Origin: Sedimentisphaerales bacterium
GTDB taxonomy: Bacteria > Planctomycetota > Phycisphaerae > Sedimentisphaerales > SM23-30
Length of the DNA stretch: 64,000 nucleotides
Assembly: GCA_963666285.1 (NCBI GenBank)
Contig: OY762711.1
Strand: one strand, 5' to 3'
The translations under genes and the position numbers were made by a program. This document shows, piece after piece, positions 19,656 to 29,000 of the stretch; position 1 is the stretch's first letter; every line of letters begins with the position of its first letter. The notes beneath the pieces were generated by a model. It was not told where the DNA came from, made no database searches, and saw only the letters and a program-made list of their open reading frames with translations.

Positions 19656-20966
19656 TTAACTGTCATAGCGTTTAATTATGATAGTATTATTCTGGCCGCC
19701 GAAACCGAAAGAATTTGACATGCAGATGTTTACTTCTGCTTCCCTCGGTGCATTTGGTATATAGTCCAGGTCGCATTCCGGGGCAGGGGTATTCAAATTT
19801 GTCGTTGGAGGTAGAATATTATCCCTTATCGCTGTTATACAGGTTATCAGTTCGGTTGCTCCTGCTGCGGCAATCAAATGGCCCAGCATACTCTTTACAC
19901 TGCTGATCGGGGTTTTATAAGCCTGTTCGCCGAATACGGTTTTAATTACCAGTGTCTCAATCTTATCATTTTCTGATGTCCCCGTTCCATGGGCACTGAT
20001 GTAATCAATATCTTCTGGTTTCAAACCGGCATCTGCCAGTGCCAGGCTAACCGCTGCTGCTCCGCCTCGGCCTGTTTCATGCTGATCTGTTATCCTGAAA
20101 GCATCTGCCGTACTGCCGTATCCTATCACTTCTGCCAGGATAGTTGCACCTCGTTTTTTCGCCGATTCCAGCTCTTCCAGGATTATCGCTGAACCGCCTT
20201 CTGCCATGACAAAGCCGTCACGGCTGACATCGAAAGGTCGTGATGAGGTTTTATAGTCATCATTTCGGGTTGATAGGGCGGTCAACCGGTTGAATCCTGT
20301 CACTCCCAGCGGGTGTATCATTGAATGTGCTCCGCCGCTAAGCAGGATATCTGCTTCGCCGTTGCGGATCATTTCTGTCGCTTCTCCGATTGCCTGGGTG
20401 CTGGCGGCACATGCTGTCAAGCAGCTGCAGCATGGCCCTCTTAGGCCAAATATCGAGGCCAGGTGTGCTGCTGGCATATTCGGCTCCTGCTCCATCTCTG
20501 TCACGCCGTTCATCTTCTCTGATGCGATCTCCAGCCATTTATTCCAGTTTACATCTTTGGCTTCATTATCCCAGCCTCCGACATTGGCCGCGATAAAGTT
20601 CTCGAAATCACTTGGCCCTTCTCCCGCTCCCAGGTAAACACCAACATTTTCGGATGCTATTTCGCTTTGTTCTTCTAGGTTATCTGGAAGTTTGGCATTT
20701 TGCCATGCCTGGTATGCAGCCGCTATCATGAGCTTGCTGTTACGGGCAGCTGTTCCATTATTTTGCCTTATTGCTTCTGGCAGTTTATCCCAGAAACTCC
20801 AGTCCAGTACCTGGGCACTGAATTGGGTTGGAAATGTGCCTGCGTCAAAAATCTCTGTCTTTTCGATGCCGCATTCGCAATTCAGGATTCGTTTCCAGGT
20901 AGTTTCGACATCATTGCCAAGTGGGTTTACTGTACCCATTCCTGTTATAACAACTCGTCTTGTCAT
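19656..20966 (-). CDS. fabF: Beta-ketoacyl-ACP synthase II (catalytic Cys-His-His intact)
   Basis: RRVVITGMG, TACAAS, SAHGTGT, KSMLGH, SNSFGFGG. Confidence 0.9.
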   Translation of the reverse strand: MTRRVVITGMGTVNPLGNDVETTWKRILNCECGIEKTEIFDAGTFPTQFSAQVLDWSFWDKLPEAIRQNNGTAARNSKLMIAAAYQAWQNAKLPDNLEEQSEIASENVGVYLGAGEGPSDFENFIAANVGGWDNEAKDVNWNKWLEIASEKMNGVTEMEQEPNMPAAHLASIFGLRGPCCSCLTACAASTQAIGEATEMIRNGEADILLSGGAHSMIHPLGVTGFNRLTALSTRNDDYKTSSRPFDVSRDGFVMAEGGSAIILEELESAKKRGATILAEVIGYGSTADAFRITDQHETGRGGAAAVSLALADAGLKPEDIDYISAHGTGTSENDKIETLVIKTVFGEQAYKTPISSVKSMLGHLIAAAGATELITCITAIRDNILPPTTNLNTPAPECDLDYIPNAPREAEVNICMSNSFGFGGQNNTIIIKRYDS

Positions 20967-20991
20967 ATTTATTCCTGTTTATTCTATTATG

Positions 20992-21183
20992 GTTTACTTT
21001 CGCAGTTATTAAGTCGCAAAAATCGCCTAAAAGGGCCTTCCTGCAATACTTATGTTTTAAACAAAGCGTGAGACAATAGTCGAACACCTTAATTCTTCAC
21101 TTTTCATTATTCATTTTTCACTTAATTGGCCCTGTTCTGGCCTTTGTGTGTAATGTTGAACAGTCAAAAGTGCGATACCGCAC
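20992..21183 (+). mobile_element. MITE-like element, copy 5 (variant core)
   Basis: GTTTACTTTCGCAG...AAAAGTGCGATACCGCAC; perfect TSD TTATG (20987-91 / 21184-88). Confidence 0.85.
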
Positions 21184-21273
21184 TTATGCTAATAGTATGA
21201 AGTTGTATATTCTTATAATTATTTAAATTCGAGCGAAGCGATCATGTTTTGTCCTTCACTCCTGACTCTTTAC

Positions 21274-22608
21274 TCAATCGTGCTTCTTGAGCACGATCGC
21301 CGTTGTCTGTCCGCCCAGGCTGTAGTTTGTCACCAGGGCGTATTTGATTTCTTTCTCGATTTTGCCGCCTGTTGTCAGGTTTAGGCTGCAGCCTTCAGCT
21401 TTGCTTTTGCAGTTTAATGTTTCGGCTATTACTCCTCTATCCATCGATAAAACCGCTATTGCTGCATCTATTGCTCCTGAACCTGCTCCTGCCATACCTA
21501 TCCGGCTTTTGGTTGCCAGAACTGGTACTGTTGCAGCTGCGTCACCCAGGGCCGCCTCTATCCCCGCGGCCTCGGCTTTGTCATGTGCCGGTACACCGCT
21601 TCCATGTGGTATCAAAAGGTCAATGTCTTCTGCTTCGATCCCCGCATCTTTTAATGCCTTTTGTATTGCTACTGTGGTGCCTTTACAGTTGGTTTCCGGG
21701 TTAATAAAATCGTTATCTGATCTCCCGTGATTAAATGATGAACCATATCCGACAACTTCTGCGTAAATTTTGGCACCACGGCCTGTTGCACGTTCATATT
21801 CTTCCATTACCAGGATTGCGCCGCCTTCTGCTGCGACAAATCCATCTGCATCGGTGGCAAACGGTCTGCTGGACTCTTTGGGAGTATCATTATATTTGCT
21901 GCTTGAAAGGTTGTTCAGGGCATAACGCGTAAAGTTCATTGCATTTACTTTACTCTCTGCTCCGCCTGCCAGGACAATGTCGGCTTTGTTGCTGGAGATA
22001 TGACGGCGGGCTTCGCCAAGTGCCATCAGCCCGGAAGTGTCTCCGCAGGTGATCGAGTTGCTCGGACCCTGCAGGTCATAAATTATACTTACGTGACAGC
22101 TCAGCATATTGGGCAGATATTTCAGCAGCCATAATGGAGTAAGTGACTCCATTCCGCCGCTGCCCCATGTCTTAAGGTCAAATACTCCATCTGTTACACT
22201 TGTGCTTGCTGCCTGGCTTAGCTCTGACAGGTCGCAGCACATCGAACCGGCACCAATATTGACTCCGCTTCGGGTCGGATCTATATCTATCGGGCCATCC
22301 GGGTTATTAGCCCTGGTGTTCAGACCGCTATCCTGCATGGCACAATCTGCTGCCATTACGGCTAGCTGGATATCGCGGCTCATTAATTTTACACTTTTGC
22401 GGTGGCTCTTTGGCACAACCTGGTTCATCTTTACTACCGGGGCTTCTCCTGATACGCGGCTCTTGAGATTTTCCGCGTCAAAAGAACTTACTTTGTCTAT
22501 TCCTATTTCATTGCTGAGCAGGGCGTTCATACTTTCGTCTTTGCCCAGCCCCAGTGCGCTGACCAGCCCGACACCTGTTATCACAGATCTGCGTTTTGGC
22601 ATTATCAC
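21274..22608 (-). CDS. Ketosynthase-like paralog lacking catalytic residues (chain-length-factor-like)
   Basis: FabF fold, but 'ITCGDTSG' aligns to 'LTACAAS' (Cys->Asp) and 'RIGM' to 'MLGH' (His->Met). Confidence 0.8.
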   Translation of the reverse strand: MIMPKRRSVITGVGLVSALGLGKDESMNALLSNEIGIDKVSSFDAENLKSRVSGEAPVVKMNQVVPKSHRKSVKLMSRDIQLAVMAADCAMQDSGLNTRANNPDGPIDIDPTRSGVNIGAGSMCCDLSELSQAASTSVTDGVFDLKTWGSGGMESLTPLWLLKYLPNMLSCHVSIIYDLQGPSNSITCGDTSGLMALGEARRHISSNKADIVLAGGAESKVNAMNFTRYALNNLSSSKYNDTPKESSRPFATDADGFVAAEGGAILVMEEYERATGRGAKIYAEVVGYGSSFNHGRSDNDFINPETNCKGTTVAIQKALKDAGIEAEDIDLLIPHGSGVPAHDKAEAAGIEAALGDAAATVPVLATKSRIGMAGAGSGAIDAAIAVLSMDRGVIAETLNCKSKAEGCSLNLTTGGKIEKEIKYALVTNYSLGGQTTAIVLKKHD

Positions 22609-22676
22609 CTCTCTGTTTTGTTTACTTTTTTACTTTCAAACCGGCCATCGGTCAGTTTGAATAAATTATTACCTTA

Positions 22677-22878
22677 GTTAACTTTCGTTGTTTTAAGTTG
22701 CAAAAATCGCCTTAAAGGGCCTTTCAGGTGAATCTTGAATTAAACAAAGCGTGAGACGATAGTCGAACACCTTAGTTTTTCACTTCATTATTCACTTAAT
22801 TAGCCTGTTCCGGACTTTGCGTATAATGCTGAACAATCAAAAGTGCGTCATGCATATGATGCGTAGCATAAACCGCAC
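22677..22878 (+). mobile_element. MITE-like element, copy 6 (variant core + loop insert)
   Basis: GTTAACTTTCG...AAAAGTGCG[insert]CCGCAC; perfect TSD CCTTA (22672-76 / 22879-83). Confidence 0.85.
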
Positions 22879-23070
22879 CCTTAATTATTTGCTGGACTTT
22901 ATTTATAATTAAAGCTTCAGCATATGTTTAACCTAAAAGTATCGCCATATATCTCTAATTAGTCAATAATAAAATAATGAATCAACTGTTTGACTTTTCT
23001 GTTGTTTTTTATCTATTTTTATAAAAAAACCGTTATATTTGACCGTTTATTGTGGACGATATTATAAAAG

Positions 23071-24837
23071 ATGTCTTTAACGAAGAATGAAAACGAAATA
23101 ATAAGAAATGCTGGTTCAGGCAATCAGGAAAGCCTTAACCAGCTCTTTGAAATGGCACGCCCAAGGGTCACGCAGTATATATACCGCTTGACGCTGGACC
23201 ACCATATAACACAAGACGTTGTACAGGATACACTTATAGACATGGCAAAATGCTTGGGAAAACTTGAAGACCAGGATAAATTCTGGCCTTGGCTGCGAAG
23301 GATAGCTTATAATAAGCTGAAAAATCAGCAGCGAAAAGAGTTCAGGCAGAAAGATATTGTCACCAGGCTATACTCTGGAACCAATTCCGAACAGGCTAAA
23401 GGGCTGTCAAATCTCATTAGTGAAGAGCTGTCTGAAGTCGTCATGAGCTCTATGCGGCAGTTAAAGAGTGATCATCGTCGTGTTTTAGTGTTAAGGTGTT
23501 ATGAGGAAATGACTTACCCTGAAATTGCCGACATTATGGAACGCACTGAGTTTGGCACTAGAATGCTTTTTGTCAGGGCGAAAAACGCGTTAAAAAAGAA
23601 ATTAGCTAAAAATGGAATGTCCAAAGCTGCTCTTTTGACCGCTCTGATCGCTTTTGGCAAAATTACTGCCGGTTCTCAGGCTGCAACTGCTCAATTAACA
23701 TCAGCTAGCCTTAATGCAGGATTTACTGCATCCTTAACAGCAAATATTACAACTTTTGCTGCTGGAGCTAAACTGACTGCTGCTGTAATTACTGTTATGG
23801 CTCTTTCCTCGTTTATGTCCGACTTGGGTTCTGGTTCGCATAATAATCATGATAGTATAGGGCAGGTTTCGGCTCATATGCTGTCTCTTATGGCTGACCC
23901 GCAAAATTATACCGAATTCTGGTATTCATACCCTGATGGCCCGGCAGGGCCGCTTCTATCGAGGTTTACCGCCAGGGATGCCGATACCGGCCACACGATT
24001 GGCCAGTGGTTTAATACTCGGGATGGTAATTACTTCTATGACCGACCGGCAGACTATGTTTACCTGTTAAACCATAACTACTACAATAATGACTTCGATA
24101 TAATGCGGCTGCCGGCTGACAATTATAAAATGGTTTCGGCGATAAATGAAACTTATGGAGCAGGTTCGGGTTTAGACAATTCTATAAGATACGAGGGGGC
24201 CGGACTGTTTTATGTGAAAGGGCTGGATAGTCAGGGCAGATCGTATTCTCAGGCCGGCAGACTACGGAATATTCCTAAGGAAGAATATTTTAACCTCACC
24301 TGGGCAAAGAGTGCGAGCTTAGTGGATTTACGTGATGATATTCATAAACAGGGCTGGGCTGGTGTTACCGTATCAGGTTTACTGAACGGAAAAACCGTTA
24401 ATGGCAGTGGTTGTATCCCGCTATATCTTGATACTGCACAAAGTCATTCGCCTTGGCTTTTCTTGGATATCGCCGGTAATTTTTATTATTCTGGTAAATC
24501 TGATTTTCTCACCGGATTTTCTCGGCCTTGGTATGGCCTGCATACTATTGACTCTATCCGACGTGACTTTGCTTATAGTAAGTATGATGCCGGTTCAATT
24601 AAGGTTGCTGACCAATCAGTAGATGTTACCTTCCTGATCGGTGATAACCGAATTGTTTATACTGTTTCGCTTGACGCCGATTTAGTTGAATCTATTCGTT
24701 TATTCGATTCAAATGGCTCGGAAACAGGATACCTTGTATTTGACTATAGACTTGAATCAGAAAAAGATCCGGGAAATTCAGCTTCTGCTCAAGAGCTTAA
24801 ATCCTTATTAGATATATTTGTAAAGGTGACCGAGTAG
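23071..24837 (+). CDS. ECF sigma factor with long C-terminal extension
   Basis: Region 2 (QDVVQDT...FWPWLRRIAYN), region 4 (RRVLVLRCYEEMTYPEIADIM...RAKNALKKKL), then an Ala/Thr-rich hydrophobic segment and ~330 further residues. Confidence 0.85.
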   Translation: MSLTKNENEIIRNAGSGNQESLNQLFEMARPRVTQYIYRLTLDHHITQDVVQDTLIDMAKCLGKLEDQDKFWPWLRRIAYNKLKNQQRKEFRQKDIVTRLYSGTNSEQAKGLSNLISEELSEVVMSSMRQLKSDHRRVLVLRCYEEMTYPEIADIMERTEFGTRMLFVRAKNALKKKLAKNGMSKAALLTALIAFGKITAGSQAATAQLTSASLNAGFTASLTANITTFAAGAKLTAAVITVMALSSFMSDLGSGSHNNHDSIGQVSAHMLSLMADPQNYTEFWYSYPDGPAGPLLSRFTARDADTGHTIGQWFNTRDGNYFYDRPADYVYLLNHNYYNNDFDIMRLPADNYKMVSAINETYGAGSGLDNSIRYEGAGLFYVKGLDSQGRSYSQAGRLRNIPKEEYFNLTWAKSASLVDLRDDIHKQGWAGVTVSGLLNGKTVNGSGCIPLYLDTAQSHSPWLFLDIAGNFYYSGKSDFLTGFSRPWYGLHTIDSIRRDFAYSKYDAGSIKVADQSVDVTFLIGDNRIVYTVSLDADLVESIRLFDSNGSETGYLVFDYRLESEKDPGNSASAQELKSLLDIFVKVTE

Positions 24838-24839
24838 TT

Positions 24840-25877
24840 GTGATTAGTTTGAAAGAAACAAATATGAATATAATTAAAATCCATCTGCTTTTTGTCATAT
24901 GTATAAATATTAGTATATGTATGGCATCTTCCCTATCAGGAGGCACGATAACCAATAAAACTATTGTTGCTTTATCTGATACAATTATAAATGCTGCTAA
25001 GCCTTTTAATATTATTCATGTTGATACTGTATTTGGAAATGATATAAATAGCGGATCTTCTCGGCAGAATGCTCTCAAGACCATTCAGGCTGCAATTATT
25101 AAATCTCAGGACGATGATACGATACTTGTTTGGCCCGGTGTTTATAATGAAACGGTAGATTTCTACGGTAAGGCTGTTACCGTTAAGAGTGCTGCTGATG
25201 CGGCTGTTATCTCTAATCCTAATGGGTACGGTGTTCGTTTTCATTCTGCTGAAGGTTATGACAGTATTTTGAAAAACTTTGTTATTCGTGATTGTGTTTA
25301 TGCCGTGCAGGTAGAAAGCTCTTCTCCTGTTATAGAGAATGTTACTGTTGTTCAGAATTTGCAGGGCATTATAGCTGATGGCGTTGCTGATCCGAATATT
25401 GCTAATAGTATCTTCTGGGCCAATCAGTTCGGCGATCTGGTTAATTGCGATGCTCAGTTTAGTTGGATACAAGATTGTCAGAGCGGATCGGCTGCTTCGG
25501 AAAATGATGGAACCGGTGTGGGTAGTCCAATGTTTACTGATCCTAATAGTAATGACTTCCATCTCAAATCCGAGATGGGGAGATTTTACCCCGAACCTGT
25601 AGAGCAGCCGGCAATGTTTGGAGTTGCTGATGGGGTTTGGGTTGTCGATAGAGTTACCAGCTCCTGTATTGATGCAGGAGATCCTGAACTTGACCCTTCT
25701 TTGGAGGGTTCGTCAAATGGCGGAAGACTAAATATTGGTGCCTATGGCGGCACTCCTTACGCTTCCAAAAGCGAGTATCCGCTTGCTGCCGATTTTAATC
25801 GTGATGGTATTGTTGACCTGATTGACTTTGCTGTTCTCAGCAGCCAGTGGCTTGATACTATGCCTTGGCATCAATAG
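24840..25877 (+). CDS. Secreted parallel beta-helix protein with dockerin-like tail; start uncertain
   Basis: TIQAAI..SQDDDTILVWPGVYNE, SSCIDAGDP, GRLNIGAYGGT, ADFNRDGIVDLIDFAVLSSQWL. Confidence 0.75.
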   Translation: MISLKETNMNIIKIHLLFVICINISICMASSLSGGTITNKTIVALSDTIINAAKPFNIIHVDTVFGNDINSGSSRQNALKTIQAAIIKSQDDDTILVWPGVYNETVDFYGKAVTVKSAADAAVISNPNGYGVRFHSAEGYDSILKNFVIRDCVYAVQVESSSPVIENVTVVQNLQGIIADGVADPNIANSIFWANQFGDLVNCDAQFSWIQDCQSGSAASENDGTGVGSPMFTDPNSNDFHLKSEMGRFYPEPVEQPAMFGVADGVWVVDRVTSSCIDAGDPELDPSLEGSSNGGRLNIGAYGGTPYASKSEYPLAADFNRDGIVDLIDFAVLSSQWLDTMPWHQ

Positions 25878-26029
25878 CTTTATTTTTATAATATTTCGAG
25901 TTTTGGGTTCCGTTCTTTGCTGTGAAAAGAGCGGAACTCTATCAAAGTGTTTCTATCATTATTTATTATCCAGTTTAACTACTGTATCCGGAAAATGTAC
26001 GTTTAAATTGCATGAATTATTTTTGAATC

Positions 26030-26063
26030 GTAATGTTGAACAGTCAAAAGTGCGAAGCCGCAC
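26030..26063 (+). mobile_element. Isolated right end of the MITE-like element
   Basis: GTAATGTTGAACAGTCAAAAGTGCGAAGCCGCAC. Confidence 0.7.
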
Positions 26064-26110
26064 GATTAAGGAGCTGTTTTTATTAACCTATTTTATTGGA
26101 GGACTTTCCT

Positions 26111-27046
26111 ATGAAAGCCAGAAATTTATTACTTGGTATTTTTGTTATAGTTTTTATTTCTGCTTCAGCTTTTGCGGCTGGTGATAAAGTCAGAAATAGA
26201 TACGCTGGATCTAAAGGTGTTGGACCTGTTACCGTTAAGGTGTCTGCTGATAAAGTCCAAACCCTGGAACAGACTCAAGACAAGACTCAGGATCAGACCC
26301 AGGACAAATTACAGGATGGTTCCTGCCAGCAGGATTGCACTGGCGACCAGGCTCAGGACCAGACCCAGGACAAATTGCAGGATGGTTCCTGTCAGCAGGA
26401 TTGCACTGGCGACCAGGCTCAGGACCAGACCCAGGACAAATTGCAGGATGGTTCCTGTCAGCAGGATTGCACTGGCGACCAAGCTCAGGACCAGACCCAG
26501 GACAAATTGCAGGATGGTTCCTGTCAGCAGGATTGCACTGGCGACCAGGCTCAGGATCAGAACCAGGATCAACTGCAGGACGGTTCTTGTCAGCAGGATT
26601 GCACCGGCGACCAGCCTACAGACGAGCAGGCCTATGCTTTAGTCTATTTGCTTGCAGAGGAAACCCTGGCTCATGATGTATATGCAGCCTTGGCGGAAGT
26701 TTATCAGCTGAACATTTTTGCTAACATAGCTGATTCAGAACAGAGTCATATGGATGCCGTTGAAAACCTCATTTATCTTTATGGTATCGATATGGTCCTT
26801 ACCCCGGATGATGAACAATTCTTTACCGATGAATATGAGATACTTGCTCTAGGTCCTCAGAATATTATTGAGGCTCTCGAAGTGGGTGTGCTTATTGAAG
26901 AAATGGATATTGCTGATATCGAAGCTATGCTGGCTGATGATACCCTTCCTGCCTCAGAAGTTCAGGTACTCACAAACTTGCTGGTTGCTTCAGAAAAACA
27001 TCTTGCTGCATTTACAAGGGTACTTGCAGTTCTTAGTGCTCAGTAA
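26111..27046 (+). CDS. Secreted DUF2202 (ferritin-like) protein with Gln/Asp/Cys tandem repeats
   Basis: Signal peptide; EETLAHDVY, FANIADSEQSHMDAV, IEEMDIAD, NLLVASEKHLAAF. Confidence 0.8.
   Translation: MKARNLLLGIFVIVFISASAFAAGDKVRNRYAGSKGVGPVTVKVSADKVQTLEQTQDKTQDQTQDKLQDGSCQQDCTGDQAQDQTQDKLQDGSCQQDCTGDQAQDQTQDKLQDGSCQQDCTGDQAQDQTQDKLQDGSCQQDCTGDQAQDQNQDQLQDGSCQQDCTGDQPTDEQAYALVYLLAEETLAHDVYAALAEVYQLNIFANIADSEQSHMDAVENLIYLYGIDMVLTPDDEQFFTDEYEILALGPQNIIEALEVGVLIEEMDIADIEAMLADDTLPASEVQVLTNLLVASEKHLAAFTRVLAVLSAQ
26288..26614 (+). repeat. 5 x 66-bp in-frame tandem repeat (QDQTQDKLQDGSCQQDCTGDQA)
   Basis: Visible directly in both DNA and protein. Confidence 0.95.
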
Positions 27047-27239
27047 TAATTATTAAGGATGACCCGATAACAGGGGTTGCCTAAAGTATTACCTCGTAAC
27101 TGAGATAGTCAAAATACCTGAATATTCTAACAAAGTCCTTTATGCCATAAAAATATTATTCAGGTATTATAACTATTATCGTGTATGTGTGTATGCATAC
27201 GTTTTTTGTCTTTTGTGTAATTCATATTTAATCATCTGG

Positions 27240-27273
27240 TCCAGGCTGTGAATGTTTTTGTTTGCAGCCTGGA
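27240..27273 (+). terminator. Possible terminator hairpin
   Basis: TCCAGGCTG...CAGCCTGGA followed by ttcttattt. Confidence 0.5.
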
Positions 27274-27325
27274 TTCTTATTTGGGCTGCCTTGATATTTT
27301 AGCAATTATGTGATATTATATATAT

Positions 27326-27507
27326 GTTTACTTTCGCAGTTTTTAAGTTGCAAAAATCGCCTAAAAGGGCCTTCCTGTAACACTTTGAATTAAATATACT
27401 TTCGAGAAATAACTCGAAAATACAATTAAATGGTAAGTTTTTTATTCACAAGGCCCTGTTCCGGCCTTTGCGTATAATGTTGAACAGTCAAAAGTGCGAA
27501 ACCGCAC
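27326..27507 (+). mobile_element. MITE-like element, copy 7
   Basis: GTTTACTTTCGCAG...AAAAGTGCGAAACCGCAC; TSD TATAT on both sides. Confidence 0.85.
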
Positions 27508-27602
27508 TATATATTGATACCTCTTTTTTCTCGCAATATTTTCTTTTGATTTTGCGTTCTTAAACAAAGAAGTTTTATATTTTTACAGGCATTTTGAGCT
27601 TT

Positions 27603-28475
27603 ATGTCAATAGATACTAAAAAGCAATACAGGGCATTTACCCTTATAGAGCTGCTGGTAGTTATCAGCATAATTGCTTTATTACTAAGTATTTCTATTCC
27701 GGCATTAAACAAAGCTCGTATCGCTGCTCGTAAAGTTATTAGCCAGAGCAATTTGAGACAAACCTCTATGGCTTCTGTTATGTACGACTCTGATAACGGC
27801 AGACTTATGCCCTCTGTTGCCTATATTGAATCCGGTAGTCCTCGAACCTGGCTGGAACCTACTACTCTTGTCAATTATGAGTTTTCCGGGCATCGTTCTA
27901 TTAGTGCATACCTTGGCAGATATATCGAAAAGGCTGATTCTATTTATTGCCCCAGTGCGCCCGCTGATTTTTCGTATATGCAGGATGCATGGGATTCAAA
28001 AGATAGTTGGGACAATCCTGATACCCTCCGTTTACAGGATCCTCTTTTCGGAACTTTCTCCTACTGGTGGAATTATAAAGGCTATCTATCCGATTTAGGC
28101 AGGGTATTTAACGGTCCCAGCTCATCATCAGCTTCTAGTCGAGAGAGCACACTTCTGGCCTCCTGTACTTTCGGCACAACTCCGAATCCTTCAAATTGGC
28201 TGGATCTTGGCGACTATATTAGTTGCGAAAAGTTCCGTAAATCTGGCAAAACTCCTCAATATTCTGTTGCTTCCCAACTATGGAACAGAATGAACCATGA
28301 CGGCACCGGCAGAGAGCTGTTGGATATAACGCTTAATGCGACATATATTGACGGGCATGTCGAGCAGTTTAACGCTTCAGATACTACTCCGTTGAGAGTG
28401 TCAATGAGCCCTGATGGTGGCTTGCCATATTTCCCTGACAACCTCAGGGGAGAAATTTATATTCCATATAAATAA
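27603..28475 (+). CDS. Prepilin-type N-terminal methylation protein (planctomycete DUF1559-like)
   Basis: [29 protein letters not shown]...SNLRQ, YCPS, NATYIDGHVE. Confidence 0.88.
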   Translation: MSIDTKKQYRAFTLIELLVVISIIALLLSISIPALNKARIAARKVISQSNLRQTSMASVMYDSDNGRLMPSVAYIESGSPRTWLEPTTLVNYEFSGHRSISAYLGRYIEKADSIYCPSAPADFSYMQDAWDSKDSWDNPDTLRLQDPLFGTFSYWWNYKGYLSDLGRVFNGPSSSSASSRESTLLASCTFGTTPNPSNWLDLGDYISCEKFRKSGKTPQYSVASQLWNRMNHDGTGRELLDITLNATYIDGHVEQFNASDTTPLRVSMSPDGGLPYFPDNLRGEIYIPYK

Positions 28476-28771
28476 GAGCTATTTGCCTGTCCCGGCATAC
28501 AAACTCTTTTCTTCTCTGGCCTTCATTTCTATTATTTCAAAGATGCAAAAATTGTTTTAATAGCGACACGTGTTACATATATGTTATTTTCCTTAACTGA
28601 ACTACAAAATAGTTACTTTATTCTTTGGTTTTCCGAAATAATTGTAATAATATTTTTGAAATTATTGATTTTCTGTCATTTTTAGGCATATTGTTAATTG
28701 TAAGCAAATCATAGGGTTAGGGGAAAAATCGCTGTTATCAGTACTAAAAATATCGATATCTGCCGTGCTAA

Positions 28772-28787
28772 TGGCACGTAGATTGCA
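28772..28787 (+). promoter_or_regulatory. Sigma-54 (-24/-12) promoter of glutamine synthetase
   Basis: TGGCACG-TAGA-TTGCA matches the TGGCACG-N4-TTGCW consensus, ~215 bp upstream of the GS start. Confidence 0.85.
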
Positions 28788-29000
28788 CTAATTCCGGCAT
28801 GAAAGATTGGGGTACGTGCCCCAATTGTGGGATATTATGCCCTCGACAATTGAAAATTACGATTGTGCCTTAAAAATGACTGTTTCAAACCTGAAACTTG
28901 TTACTCCCCGGCGTTCTGGTTTTCAAACTAGAGGTGTATAGAAAATGTGAATATGTACAAGGGATATTGTACAAGAAAGAAAAAACAGGAGACTTTTACA

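Noticed and set aside
26288..26614. CRISPR-like 66-bp periodicity
   Set aside because: The whole unit repeats in frame inside a CDS; there are no variable spacers.
12084..27507. Integron attC sites for the ~180-bp repeats
   Set aside because: The ends do not fit RYYYAAC/GTTRRRY, they have 5-bp TSDs, they flank housekeeping genes, and no integrase is present.
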